Positions 16,963-26,647 are shown, counted from the first letter of the stretch. The stretch: DNA of 64,000 nucleotides from an uncultured Bacteroidales bacterium (GCA_963732365.1 CAVSZC010000005.1:1761748-1825747); one strand, 5' to 3'. The notes: a model not told the origin generated them from the sequence alone. A program made the numbers and translations.

Positions 16963-17889
16963 ATGAAAAGAAGACATTTTTTGCGCAGCTCACTTGGTGC
17001 CGGCCTGGCTGCAGGAACTTTTATGAGTCTTGGACCATATGAAAAGGTACTGGCAGGGAAACCCTTGCCGCAGGGAGCGAATTATGATCTCGTTGCCGTA
17101 ATGGGAGGTGAGCCCGCCGCAATGTTCGATATTGGTATTCAGGCGCTTGGAGGGATAGGCTCCTTTGTCAGCAAAGGGCAGAAGGTGCTTGTTAAGCCTA
17201 ACATCGGATGGGACGTACTTCCTGAGAAGGGTGCCAACACAAACCCGGCACTTGTAAAAAGAGTGATCGAGCATTGTTTCAAGGCCGGAGCCAAAGAGGT
17301 ATATGTATTTGACAACACCTGCGATAACTGGATAAAATGCTATGAGAACTCCGGGATTCAGAGAGCTGTGAAAGATGCAGGCGGTAAGATGGTACCGGGA
17401 AATTCTGAGAGCTATTATCAGGAGATAACAATTCCCAACGGAAAGAACCTGACAAAAACGAAGGTTCATGAGCTGGTCCTTGAGAGCGATGTTTTTATTA
17501 ACATTCCGGTACTGAAGCATCACAGTTCAACCAGGATGACAGCTGCCCTGAAGAATATGATGGGGGTAGTCTGGGACAGAGGCTACTGGCATGCAAATAA
17601 CCTTCCTCAGTGCATTGCCGATTACGCCCTTTATTCAAAAAAGCCGCAATTAAATATAATTGATGCATACAATGTGATGATGCGCAACGGACCCCGGGGA
17701 GTCTCAAAGGAAGATATCAGCAATATGAAATCCTTGATTATCTCCACTGACTGGGTGGCTGCCGACGCCGCTGCTGCAAAGATGATGAGCCTTGACCCTC
17801 AGAAAATTGACTATATACCTATTGCAGCAGGAATGGGTATCGGCAAGATGGACCTGTCAACCATGAATATCCACAGGATAAAAATGTAG
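16963..17889 (+). CDS. Tat-signal DUF362 domain protein (predicted periplasmic, cofactor-bearing)
   Basis: The twin-arginine signal is MKRRHFLRSSLGAGLAAGTFMSLG. The DUF362-type pattern is KVLVKPNIGW...NPALVKRVIEHCFKAGAKEVYVFD...INIPVLKHHSSTRMTAALKNMMG...IIDAYNVMMRNGP. Confidence 0.75.
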   Translation: MKRRHFLRSSLGAGLAAGTFMSLGPYEKVLAGKPLPQGANYDLVAVMGGEPAAMFDIGIQALGGIGSFVSKGQKVLVKPNIGWDVLPEKGANTNPALVKRVIEHCFKAGAKEVYVFDNTCDNWIKCYENSGIQRAVKDAGGKMVPGNSESYYQEITIPNGKNLTKTKVHELVLESDVFINIPVLKHHSSTRMTAALKNMMGVVWDRGYWHANNLPQCIADYALYSKKPQLNIIDAYNVMMRNGPRGVSKEDISNMKSLIISTDWVAADAAAAKMMSLDPQKIDYIPIAAGMGIGKMDLSTMNIHRIKM

Positions 17890-17895
17890 GGTTTC

Positions 17896-19458
17896 ATGCG
17901 GTCAGTAGTGCTCAGACATATTCGTATTGTATTTTCCTTTATTGTGCTGCTGCTGCTTTCATTCCTCTTCATCGACTTCAGGGGTATGGTGCCTGAAAAG
18001 GCCTTCGGACCGCTGTTATATCTTCAGTTTATTCCTTCACTGCTGAAATTCGTCATTGCAGGTGTTGCAACGGCAACCGGTTTTGTCATCATTCTGATCC
18101 TTACCGTTCTGTCGGGAAGGACCTACTGCTCATTCCTGTGTCCCCTGGGCATCCTCCAGGATGTCATCAGCAGAATAGGCGGGTTTGTAAAGAGACGGTT
18201 CCGGAAATACGCCTATAAGAAACCCTACACGATACTACGCTATTTTATCCTTGCTCTTACGGCAGGCATCCTGCTAATCGGAGGGGTCTATGTACTTACA
18301 ATACTAGATCCCTACAGCATCTTCGGCAGGTTGATGACCTATTTTGTCAAGCCCGCTGCAATCTTCCTTAACAACCAGGTAGCCGGTATCCTCGGTAAGT
18401 TCGACATTTACACCCTTTACAAGATTGATATAAAGCCTTTTGAGCTGGCTGTCTATGCTGTCCCTACTGCATTTCTGATGTTGATTGGATTCCTGTCTTT
18501 CAGATACGGAAGGCTCTACTGCAACACCGTTTGTCCTGTGGGTACTTTTCTTGGATTTCTCAGTAAGATATCACTCTTCAGGATAAGGTTTGATGAGGAG
18601 AAATGCAATCGTTGCGGGAGGTGTGCGATGTCATGCAAGTCATCATGCATCGACTTCCTGAACAAGCATGTTGATATCAGCAGATGCGTCAATTGCTTCA
18701 ACTGTCTTGAAGCCTGCCACGAGAAAGCCATGTCATACGGTGTAGTCAGGTTCAGGAGTTCCGGTGAGCCGGCCGAACCCGATGCTTCCAGGCGAAATTT
18801 CATTGCAGGTTCACTGTTGATGATTGCCGGAAGTTCACAAATCATACGTGCACAGAATTCCACCACCCCTGTTCCGACCAAAGACTCAACCGTAAAGGAA
18901 GACCGGCTCTACCCCGTATCTCCTCCCGGATCAGCAGGCTTATCAACCTACACCTCCCGTTGCACCGCATGCTCACTCTGTGTCTCTGCCTGCCCCACCA
19001 GCGTCCTTCAGCCTTCGGTTAGCGAGTTCGGGATTGCCGGTATAATGCAGCCGAGGATGGATTTTCACCGGGGATTCTGCAATTATGAATGCACTCTGTG
19101 CACTGACATTTGTCCGACCGGTGCCATTATGCCACTTATGGTGGAAGCAAAGAAACTGACCCGTATTGGCAAGGCAGTATTTATTAAAGACAACTGCATC
19201 GTTGCAACCGAGAAGACGGCTTGCGGTGCATGCTCAGAACACTGCCCCACAAAGGCGTGTGCAATGATCCCATATGAAGGTAATCTTCTGATCCCGGAAG
19301 TGATTGACGATATATGCATCGGATGCGGAGCATGTGAATATGCGTGCCCCACTAAACCCTACAAGGCAATTTTCGTTGACGGTAACCCCCTTCATGAGGT
19401 GGCAAAGAAACCTGAATCAAAAAAGATGGAAACAGCTCCGGCAGATTTTCCATTCTGA
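17896..19458 (+). CDS. Membrane polyferredoxin, NapH-like N-half fused to NapG-like C-half
   Basis: There are four N-terminal TM helices with CSFLCPLG and CNTVCPVG motifs. Two 4Fe-4S motifs follow (CNRCGRCAMSC, CVNCFNCLEAC). An internal SRRNFIAGSLLMIAGSSQIIRAQ segment then precedes four more cluster motifs (CTACSLCVSACP, CTLCTDICP, CGACSEHCP, CIGCGACEYACP). Confidence 0.75.
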   Translation: MRSVVLRHIRIVFSFIVLLLLSFLFIDFRGMVPEKAFGPLLYLQFIPSLLKFVIAGVATATGFVIILILTVLSGRTYCSFLCPLGILQDVISRIGGFVKRRFRKYAYKKPYTILRYFILALTAGILLIGGVYVLTILDPYSIFGRLMTYFVKPAAIFLNNQVAGILGKFDIYTLYKIDIKPFELAVYAVPTAFLMLIGFLSFRYGRLYCNTVCPVGTFLGFLSKISLFRIRFDEEKCNRCGRCAMSCKSSCIDFLNKHVDISRCVNCFNCLEACHEKAMSYGVVRFRSSGEPAEPDASRRNFIAGSLLMIAGSSQIIRAQNSTTPVPTKDSTVKEDRLYPVSPPGSAGLSTYTSRCTACSLCVSACPTSVLQPSVSEFGIAGIMQPRMDFHRGFCNYECTLCTDICPTGAIMPLMVEAKKLTRIGKAVFIKDNCIVATEKTACGACSEHCPTKACAMIPYEGNLLIPEVIDDICIGCGACEYACPTKPYKAIFVDGNPLHEVAKKPESKKMETAPADFPF

Positions 19459-19577
19459 CTTCTACCCGCATCAACTGCTTCTGACAAGCCTCTGACTATT
19501 ATCCATGGGGATTATTAATATCACCCTGAGGCCCTTTTGAATATATTTAAAATAGTTCGAAAACATGATATTTATCT

Positions 19578-19594
19578 TTTGACACAGTGTCAAA
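19578..19594. promoter_or_regulatory. Perfect 17-bp palindrome TTTGACAC-A-GTGTCAAA upstream of the mce-mmd operon (candidate operator)
   Basis: Read directly at 19578-19594, 52 nt upstream of the mce ATG. It overlaps a TAtcTTTTG stretch that resembles the Bacteroidota -7 element TAnnTTTG. Confidence 0.4.
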
Positions 19595-19645
19595 TAGGGT
19601 TAAGTTGCGCAATTAAATTTCCAGCCAATTAATTCAGGATAATTT

Positions 19646-20065
19646 ATGAAACCTACACATATTGAGCATATTGGTATTGCTGTAAATTCACTGGCAGAGG
19701 CCATTCCCTTTTACGAGAATGTTCTTGGTCTGAAGTGTTACAGCATCGAGGAGGTAGCTGACCAGAGAGTTAAGACTGCCTTTTTTATGGTTGGTCAGAC
19801 CAAGATCGAGTTGCTGGAATCGACTGATCCGGAAGGGCCCATCGGTAAGTTCATAGAGAAGAGGGGTGAGGGAATACATCACATTGCCTTTGCAGTCGCA
19901 GACCTGGAGGAGAGGCTCCGGGAAGCTGAGGCTGCAGGGATAAAACTGATAGATCTTCAGCCGCGACGCGGCGCTGAGGGGTTGAGCATCGCATTTATGC
20001 ATCCGAAATCAACATTCGGCGTGCTTACGGAATTATGTGAAGACAAGAATATCACTAAGAAATAA
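19646..20065 (+). CDS. mce: Methylmalonyl-CoA epimerase (VOC/glyoxalase fold)
   Basis: [24 protein letters not shown]...[32 protein letters not shown] matches the epimerase. Its position directly before the mmd genes supports the call. Confidence 0.85.
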   Translation: MKPTHIEHIGIAVNSLAEAIPFYENVLGLKCYSIEEVADQRVKTAFFMVGQTKIELLESTDPEGPIGKFIEKRGEGIHHIAFAVADLEERLREAEAAGIKLIDLQPRRGAEGLSIAFMHPKSTFGVLTELCEDKNITKK

Positions 20066-20078
20066 CATAATCGATAAA

Positions 20079-21638
20079 ATGAACAGCCAGGAAAGAATAC
20101 AGCAGCTCCTTGATTTCAGGCAGAAGGCACGCCTGGGAGGGGGAGACAAGCGAATTGAGGACCAGCATCAGAAGGGAAAGCTGACGGCCAGGGAGCGCAT
20201 AACGTTGCTGCTCGATGAAGGCAGCTTTGAGGAGTATGACATGTTTGTAACGCACCGTACTGAGGATTTTGGTCTTGCAGACAAAAAGTTCCTTTCTGAC
20301 GGTGTTATAACCGGTCATGGCACGATCGACGGGCGTGTAGTCTATGTGTTTGCTCAGGATTTCACCGTGTTCGGGGGCTCTCTGTCGGAGACATTCGCGC
20401 AGAAGATATGCAAGATCATGGATCAGGCGATGCAGGTGGGTGCACCGGTAATAGGTATCAATGACTCAGGCGGTGCAAGGATACAGGAGGGAGTAAGAAG
20501 CCTTGCCGGTTATGCAGAGATCTTTGAGCGAAACATACTTGCGTCAGGGGTCATCCCCCAGATATCGGCCATCTTCGGCCCCTGTGCCGGGGGTGCGGTC
20601 TATTCCCCCGCACTCACAGACTTCATAATCATGAGCCGCAAGAGCAGCTATATGTTCGTAACCGGACCAAAAGTAGCCAGGGCGGTGACAGGGGAGGATA
20701 TTTCCATCGAGGACCTGGGAGGGGCAAAGGTTCATTCAACAAAATCCGGTGTGGCCCATTTTGTGGTTGAGGAAGAGAAGGAGGGCCTCGACCTGATCAG
20801 GAAGCTGCTCAGCTTCATGCCGCAGAATAACCTGGAAGAGCCACCGCAGACAGAGTGTGATGACCCCATTGACAGGCTAGAGGATGACCTGAATGATATC
20901 ATACCTGAAAGCCCGAACCAACCTTATGACGTCAAGGATGTCATAAGCCGTGTGGTTGACTACCACGATTTTCTTGAGGTACATGAAGCTTACGCGAAGA
21001 ATATAGTTGTAGGTTTTGCAAAATTCGGAGGAATGCCTGCAGGGATCGTCGCTAACCAGCCTGCTTACCTCGCTGGGGTGCTTGACATCGAGGCATCACG
21101 CAAGGCAGCACGGTTCATCCGTTTTTGTGACGCTTTCAATATTCCCGTGGTGACCTTTGTGGATGTGCCCGGCTTTCTGCCCGGCTCGGCCCAGGAATAC
21201 GGCGGTATTATTATCCACGGTGCAAAGCTCATGTTCGCGTACGGTGAGGCCAGCGTTCCGAAGGTTACCGTTACACTTCGCAAATCATACGGCGGAGCAC
21301 ATTGCGTCATGTCGTCGAAGCAGCTAAAGGGCGACATCAATTATGCATGGCCTACCGCAGAGATTGCCGTGATGGGCCCTCAGGGAGCCATAGAAGTGCT
21401 TGAAGGAAAAGCAATAAGCGAAATAAGTGACCCGAAGGAGAAAAAAGATTATGTCTCCAGAAAAGAGCAGGAGTACCGGTCAAAATTTGCCAATCCATAC
21501 GAGGCCGCCAGGTACGGTTATCTCGATGATGTGATCGAGCCGCGAAATACACGGTTCAGGGTGGTAAGAGCGCTGAGAACCCTCTCAACAAAGAAAGATC
21601 CGGGGCCAATGAAGAAACACGGTAATATACCCTTATAA
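20079..21638 (+). CDS. mmdA: Methylmalonyl-CoA decarboxylase alpha subunit (carboxyltransferase, 12S-type)
   Basis: [34 protein letters not shown] and [16 protein letters not shown] are acyl-CoA carboxyltransferase signatures. I set the start at ATG 20079, just after the mce stop. Confidence 0.9.
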   Translation: MNSQERIQQLLDFRQKARLGGGDKRIEDQHQKGKLTARERITLLLDEGSFEEYDMFVTHRTEDFGLADKKFLSDGVITGHGTIDGRVVYVFAQDFTVFGGSLSETFAQKICKIMDQAMQVGAPVIGINDSGGARIQEGVRSLAGYAEIFERNILASGVIPQISAIFGPCAGGAVYSPALTDFIIMSRKSSYMFVTGPKVARAVTGEDISIEDLGGAKVHSTKSGVAHFVVEEEKEGLDLIRKLLSFMPQNNLEEPPQTECDDPIDRLEDDLNDIIPESPNQPYDVKDVISRVVDYHDFLEVHEAYAKNIVVGFAKFGGMPAGIVANQPAYLAGVLDIEASRKAARFIRFCDAFNIPVVTFVDVPGFLPGSAQEYGGIIIHGAKLMFAYGEASVPKVTVTLRKSYGGAHCVMSSKQLKGDINYAWPTAEIAVMGPQGAIEVLEGKAISEISDPKEKKDYVSRKEQEYRSKFANPYEAARYGYLDDVIEPRNTRFRVVRALRTLSTKKDPGPMKKHGNIPL

Positions 21639-21647
21639 AGAAATGAT

Positions 21648-22016
21648 ATGAGACTTCAGGTATTATTCTCAGTAACAGGGCCTGTCATTGACTCCCTTAC
21701 ATGGACGATAGTGATTGTGGGCATGGGTATTGTCTTCCTGTCACTGACAATTGTCTATCTCTTTTTCAGGTATTTGCTGCCATTCATAATGAACTTCAGG
21801 TTAATGAGCTTTGCCCGCAGAAGAGGAATTGATCCGTCAGAGATAGTCACAGCCAGGAACAAGCTGTCAGGTGAGGTGAATGCCGCCATAGCCATGGCAA
21901 TATACTCATATATGAGTGAGCTGCATGACGTTGAGAGCGGTGTGATAACCATCAGGCGAGTATCAAAGAACTACTCACCATGGAGTTCAAAACTTTATAA
22001 TATGAAAAACCTTTAA
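21648..22016 (+). CDS. OadG-family small membrane subunit of the Na+-translocating decarboxylase (delta/gamma-like)
   Basis: It has a single N-terminal TM helix (WTIVIVGMGIVFLSLTIVYLFF). Its size and its position between the carboxyltransferase and the BCCP fit this subunit. Confidence 0.65.
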   Translation: MRLQVLFSVTGPVIDSLTWTIVIVGMGIVFLSLTIVYLFFRYLLPFIMNFRLMSFARRRGIDPSEIVTARNKLSGEVNAAIAMAIYSYMSELHDVESGVITIRRVSKNYSPWSSKLYNMKNL

Positions 22017-22047
22017 GATCAGCATATCAGACTGAAGGAGGAAAGAG

Positions 22048-22467
22048 ATGAAGAACTACAAGTTTACAGTAAACGGAAACAAGTATGAGGTTGAAATACT
22101 TGATATTGATGGCAATATGGCCACGATAGAGGTTAACGGTACAACATACAATGTTGAAATTCACCATGAGGTGCCGAAGCTGAAACCTATCCAGCCGGTG
22201 ACTACACAGAAGCCAGCCAGAGCATCTGCCCCTGATTCCGTTAGTGGCGGAATTTCTGCAACGGTAAAAGCTCCTCTCCCCGGGGTGATATTGCAGGTCC
22301 TTGTCAGACCGGGTGATGAGGTGAATGCCGGACAGACACTGTGCACTCTTGAAACGATGAAGATGGAGAATGCCATAAAAACTGAAACGTCCGGCAAGGT
22401 CTCCAGGGTGAATATTTCACAGGGACAATCAGTGCTTCAGGATGAGGTTTTAATAGAACTGAACTGA
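22048..22467 (+). CDS. mmdC: Biotin carboxyl carrier protein subunit
   Basis: The biotinyl-lysine motif is LETMKMEN, and the PLPGVILQVLVRPGDEVNAGQTL lipoyl/biotinyl fold is present. An SD-like GAAGGAGG lies upstream. Confidence 0.85.
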   Translation: MKNYKFTVNGNKYEVEILDIDGNMATIEVNGTTYNVEIHHEVPKLKPIQPVTTQKPARASAPDSVSGGISATVKAPLPGVILQVLVRPGDEVNAGQTLCTLETMKMENAIKTETSGKVSRVNISQGQSVLQDEVLIELN

Positions 22468-22469
22468 TT

Positions 22470-23822
22470 ATGGCAAGGAGAAAAGCATGGACCATGATCG
22501 GACTGCTGGTGATCGTTTCACTGGCATGGACAGCATTTGTTAAACCGGAAAAGGATAGGGAAAAGGCCGTTGCAGCCTCCGGTACGGAGATTGTAAGTAC
22601 ACTGCCGCAATACCAGCCTTCTGACCCTGATGAGGCACCCCTGGCGGGAGGGTTGAAGCAGTTCTGGGCATATACCGGATTCCGGAATGCCACATCCGGA
22701 AACCTTATTATGATAATTGTAGGTCTTATTTTTATCTTCCTGGCAATCAGATTCGAATATGAGCCGTTGCTTCTGGTCCCCATCGGTACGGGCATACTCA
22801 TCGGCAACATTCCCTTCTTCAATGACGGAGGGCTGAATCTTCAGATAGGTATCTATCAGCAGGGGAGCGTGCTCCATTATCTCTATTTCGGGGTATTGAA
22901 GGGGATATACCCGCCCCTTATCTTCCTTGGCATCGGGGCTATGACCGATTTCTCATCTCTGATCTCCAATCCACGTCTCCTGCTCCTCGGTGCTGCTGCA
23001 CAGCTTGGAATCTTCGTTTCTTTTATAGGTGCACTGTTTTTGGGTTTTAATGGTCCTGAAGCCGCAGCCATCGGAATTATCGGGGGAGCTGACGGCCCTA
23101 CTGCAATTTTTCTCTCCTCCAGACTGGCAAACGGTGTGAATATTCTGCCTGACGGAACCACCGTAAAGAACCTAATTGGGCCGATAGCTATTGCTGCATA
23201 TTCATACATGGCATTAGTGCCTGTGATACAGCCACCAATCATGAGGCTCATGACAAGCAAGAAAGAGAGGCTCATTCGCATGAAGCCTCCAAGGGCAGTA
23301 ACAAGGACAGAGAAAATTCTCTTTCCCATTTTTGGTCTTCTGCTTACATGTTTTATTTCTCCAAGCGCCCTTCCTCTGCTTGGAATGCTCTTTTTCGGCA
23401 ACCTGCTCAAAGAGTCCGGAGTGACAAAAAGGCTCGCAGAGACTGCCAGAACCTCGCTTATAGATATAGTCACGATAATGATAGGACTCACCGTAGGAGC
23501 CTCAACCCAGGCAGATGTTTTTCTTACCAGGGAGTCAGTTCTTATATTCGGACTCGGTGCATGCGCCTTTGGCTTTGCAACTTTCGGGGGTGTTGTTTTT
23601 GCCAAGATTATGAATATCTTCCTGCCTGAAGGTGAAAAAATCAATCCCCTGATCGGTAATGCGGGTGTGTCAGCGGTACCTGACAGTGCCCGGGTATCTG
23701 AGATGGAAGGACTGAGGGAAGATAAAACAAACCATCTTCTGATGCATGCAATGGGTCCCAATGTCGCCGGAGTGATCGGGTCAGCCATAGCAGCGGGGAT
23801 ATTGCTCAGTTATCTCGGATAA
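22470..23822 (+). CDS. mmdB: Na+-translocating decarboxylase beta subunit (OadB/MmdB family)
   Basis: This is a polytopic membrane protein with conserved IGGADGPTAIF and NAGVSAVPDSARV-type segments typical of the beta subunit. Confidence 0.85.
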   Translation: MARRKAWTMIGLLVIVSLAWTAFVKPEKDREKAVAASGTEIVSTLPQYQPSDPDEAPLAGGLKQFWAYTGFRNATSGNLIMIIVGLIFIFLAIRFEYEPLLLVPIGTGILIGNIPFFNDGGLNLQIGIYQQGSVLHYLYFGVLKGIYPPLIFLGIGAMTDFSSLISNPRLLLLGAAAQLGIFVSFIGALFLGFNGPEAAAIGIIGGADGPTAIFLSSRLANGVNILPDGTTVKNLIGPIAIAAYSYMALVPVIQPPIMRLMTSKKERLIRMKPPRAVTRTEKILFPIFGLLLTCFISPSALPLLGMLFFGNLLKESGVTKRLAETARTSLIDIVTIMIGLTVGASTQADVFLTRESVLIFGLGACAFGFATFGGVVFAKIMNIFLPEGEKINPLIGNAGVSAVPDSARVSEMEGLREDKTNHLLMHAMGPNVAGVIGSAIAAGILLSYLG

Positions 23823-23859
23823 TTATTTAAGTTTGTATAAACTACCTAAGAGAGCGGAG

Positions 23860-25077
23860 ATGAAGCAGGCAATTGCCGGGAATACCGGCCCGAAGGTCAG
23901 GTCTGACGTTGAAGTGACCCTGGAAATAAAAGGTTCAGGAGGAGTGGAGATGAACCTCAAGTCGAAGGTAAAGAGCATGTATGGCAATGCAATCGAAATG
24001 CAGTGCCGGGAACTGCTTAAATTCTTCGGTGTGGAGAACGCAAAGCTGTCACTGATTGACAGCGGTGCCCTCCCCTTCGTGATAGCGGCAAGAGTGGAGG
24101 CTGCGGTAAAGACACTGACAGGAACTGAGGCTGCGTTCCTGCCCGTGATGATCCCTGAGAACATCTATCACTCAGCCAGGGAGAGGTTTCGCTTTTCAAG
24201 GCTGTATCTTCCCGGAAACAATCCCGGCATGTTCCTGAATGCCGGACTTCATTCACCCGATGGCATCATCCTTGACCTTGAAGATTCGGTTGCTCCTGAC
24301 AGAAAGGATGAGGCCCGGATCCTTGTCAGAAATGCTCTCAGGGCAGTAGATTTCTACGGAGCTGAAAGAATGGTAAGGATAAACCAGGGAGAGCGCGGGT
24401 TGACTGACCTTGAGAGTGTCATACCTCACAACGTGCACCTCATCCTTATTCCGAAATGCGAGGATACAGATGCTCTCCGTATGGTTGACGAGACGATTGC
24501 CTCAATAAAGAGGAGGGAGGGTCAGAACGATACAGTGCTTCTGATGCCGATCATAGAGAGTGCAAAAGGTGTGGAAAGAGCCTATGAGATAGCAACGGCA
24601 TCACCAAATGTGGTAGCGATGGCCATCGGGCTGGAGGATTTTACCGCTGATCTTGGGGTACAAAGGACAAAAGAGGGTTCAGAGTCACTCTATGCCCGTA
24701 ACCGTATCGTTGTGGCAGCAAGAGCTGCCGGCATCCAGGCCATCGACTCCGTCTTCTCCGATGTGGGTGATATGGATGGCCTCCTCAGTAATGTGCTCTC
24801 ATCGAAAGCAATGGGCTTCGAGGGGATGGGTTGCATACATCCGCGTCAGATTGCAGTCATACGCAAGGGCTTCTCTCCAACGCCTGAAGAGATTGACAGG
24901 GCCAGGAAGATAGTAATCGCATACCGCGATGCAATTTCCAGGGGGCTTGGTGTGGTGGCACTCGGATCTAAGATGATCGATCCGCCTGTGGTGGCAAGAG
25001 CACAGAAAACGATAGACCTGGCGGTACGCCTGGAAATTATCCCACAAAACTGGATTGAAGAGGAGGGTAAGGAATAA
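23860..25077 (+). CDS. Fused citrate lyase acyl carrier protein (CitD, N-terminal about 95 aa) and citryl-CoA lyase beta subunit (CitE)
   Basis: The N-terminal part AIAGNTGPKVRSDVEVTLE...LIDSGALPFVIAARVEAAV parallels CitD (AGTLESGDV...DKGALDCILRARLEA). The rest, SRLYLPGNNPGMF...GIILDLEDSVAPDRKDEAR, is HpcH/CitE-like. Confidence 0.8.
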   Translation: MKQAIAGNTGPKVRSDVEVTLEIKGSGGVEMNLKSKVKSMYGNAIEMQCRELLKFFGVENAKLSLIDSGALPFVIAARVEAAVKTLTGTEAAFLPVMIPENIYHSARERFRFSRLYLPGNNPGMFLNAGLHSPDGIILDLEDSVAPDRKDEARILVRNALRAVDFYGAERMVRINQGERGLTDLESVIPHNVHLILIPKCEDTDALRMVDETIASIKRREGQNDTVLLMPIIESAKGVERAYEIATASPNVVAMAIGLEDFTADLGVQRTKEGSESLYARNRIVVAARAAGIQAIDSVFSDVGDMDGLLSNVLSSKAMGFEGMGCIHPRQIAVIRKGFSPTPEEIDRARKIVIAYRDAISRGLGVVALGSKMIDPPVVARAQKTIDLAVRLEIIPQNWIEEEGKE

Positions 25078-25096
25078 CATCTAAGATGATCAGGTC

Positions 25097-26647
25097 ATGA
25101 AATTGATTGAGAACGCGGCCGGCCGCCAGGTGCCGGATGAGATCAACGGCACGGAAGCCGTGCCTTTTAAGGGTGTGGGGAAACACCGCCCTTCCGGAAG
25201 AAAGTATGCGCCATCAATACCGACATGCATCGATTATCCTGAAGACAACAACAAGGTAATCAGTTCTCTCAGGGAGGCGCTGGTGAAATGCGGGCTGAAA
25301 GACGGCATGACCATCTCAACGCACCATCACCTTCGTGACGGCGACCTTATCAGCAACCAGATATTTGAAATAGCTGCTGAATTGGGAGTGAAAGACCTGG
25401 TGTGGTTTCCTTCAGCATCGTTCCCCTGCAATGACCCGGTCATAGAGTATCTCGAAAACGGAACTGTAAACCGGATTGAGGGGAGCATGAACGGGCCGCT
25501 AGGCAGATTCGTCTCTGAAGGGAGGATGAAGGGAATGGCTGTCCTTCGCTCGCATGGAGGAAGGGTGCAGGCCATACAGGATGGCGACGTAAGAATAGAT
25601 ATTGCAGTCCTCTCCGCACCGGCTGCTGACGCATTCGGCAATGCAAAAGGTACCGGAGGTCCATCGGCAACGGGCGTGCTTGGATATGCCAAGGCTGACT
25701 ACATGTTTGCTGACCGGGTTATCGTTGTGACTGATAACCTGGTAGACCTGCCTTGTTTCCCTATGGAGATAGAGGGCAATTATGTTGACTGTGTGGTGGT
25801 GGTAGACAAGATCGGCATACCCGAGAAGATAGTATCAGGAACCACGCAGATAACCAAAAGCCCCGACAGGTTACTGATAGCTGAGCTGACAGCCTCATTC
25901 CTTGAAAAGTCGGGTCTTCTCCGCGACGGAGCGACCATGCAGGCAGGAGCAGGAGGGACCAGCCTGGCAATAGCAGTTTATGCACATGAGATACTCAGGA
26001 GAAAGGGATGGAAGTTCCGCTTCGGGTTCGGAGGCAGCACCAAATACATGGTCAGCATGCTGGAAGAGGGGCAGATGGGATATATTCTTGATGCACAGGC
26101 ATTTGACCTTGATGCAGTCAGGTCAGTAGAGATAAACCCGAACCATATTCCGTACCCGGTCTTTAATGCCTATAACTATCATTCGAAGGGCAACCTGACA
26201 ACCATGATGGATATCATGATACTCGGTGCCACAGAGATAGATACCGGATTCAACGGTAACGTCGTCACTCACTCTGACGGCCTCCTGCTTCACGGCATCG
26301 GAGGATGGCAGAACTGCCTTCATGCAAGGAATGTGATAATACCCGTTCCCCTCTTCCGTGACAGAATACCCGTTATCGTGGACCGCGTTACCACCCTGTG
26401 CGGACCCGGGGAACTGATTGATGTTATAATTACAGAGAGAGGCATTGCCATCAATCCGCGAAGGCAGGATCTGATTGATTCAGTGAAGGGCAAGGGACTG
26501 CCGCTTGTGTCTATTGAGGAGTTGAGAGAGACCGCTGAAAGAATATGCGGAAAGCCTGACAGGGCTGCTTTTGATGAGAGGGTTGTGGCAGCCATAAAAT
26601 GGGTTGACGGGACCGTAATAGATGCTGTACGAAAAGTAAAATATTAA
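25097..26647 (+). CDS. citF: Citrate lyase alpha subunit (citrate CoA-transferase)
   Basis: It is 516 aa long. The N-terminus IENAAGRQVPDEINGTEAVPFKGVGKH and MTISTHHHLRDGD are typical of CitF. Confidence 0.85.
   Translation: MKLIENAAGRQVPDEINGTEAVPFKGVGKHRPSGRKYAPSIPTCIDYPEDNNKVISSLREALVKCGLKDGMTISTHHHLRDGDLISNQIFEIAAELGVKDLVWFPSASFPCNDPVIEYLENGTVNRIEGSMNGPLGRFVSEGRMKGMAVLRSHGGRVQAIQDGDVRIDIAVLSAPAADAFGNAKGTGGPSATGVLGYAKADYMFADRVIVVTDNLVDLPCFPMEIEGNYVDCVVVVDKIGIPEKIVSGTTQITKSPDRLLIAELTASFLEKSGLLRDGATMQAGAGGTSLAIAVYAHEILRRKGWKFRFGFGGSTKYMVSMLEEGQMGYILDAQAFDLDAVRSVEINPNHIPYPVFNAYNYHSKGNLTTMMDIMILGATEIDTGFNGNVVTHSDGLLLHGIGGWQNCLHARNVIIPVPLFRDRIPVIVDRVTTLCGPGELIDVIITERGIAINPRRQDLIDSVKGKGLPLVSIEELRETAERICGKPDRAAFDERVVAAIKWVDGTVIDAVRKVKY

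Noticed and set aside
22883-23788. Long antisense ORFs in the track. These include 22883..23788 (301 aa) and 22304..22822 opposite the mmdC-mmdB region. Others are 44984..45604 opposite the DUF4091 gene, 53556..54158 and 54636..55073 opposite tamB, and 16990..17523 opposite the DUF362 gene. Also 7802..8299 opposite proS and 16128..16610 opposite larC.
   Set aside because: Each lies fully inside a gene with clear family motifs on the other strand. Their translations are compositionally odd (Ser/Pro/Arg/Ile-rich, no motifs). They are shadow ORFs.
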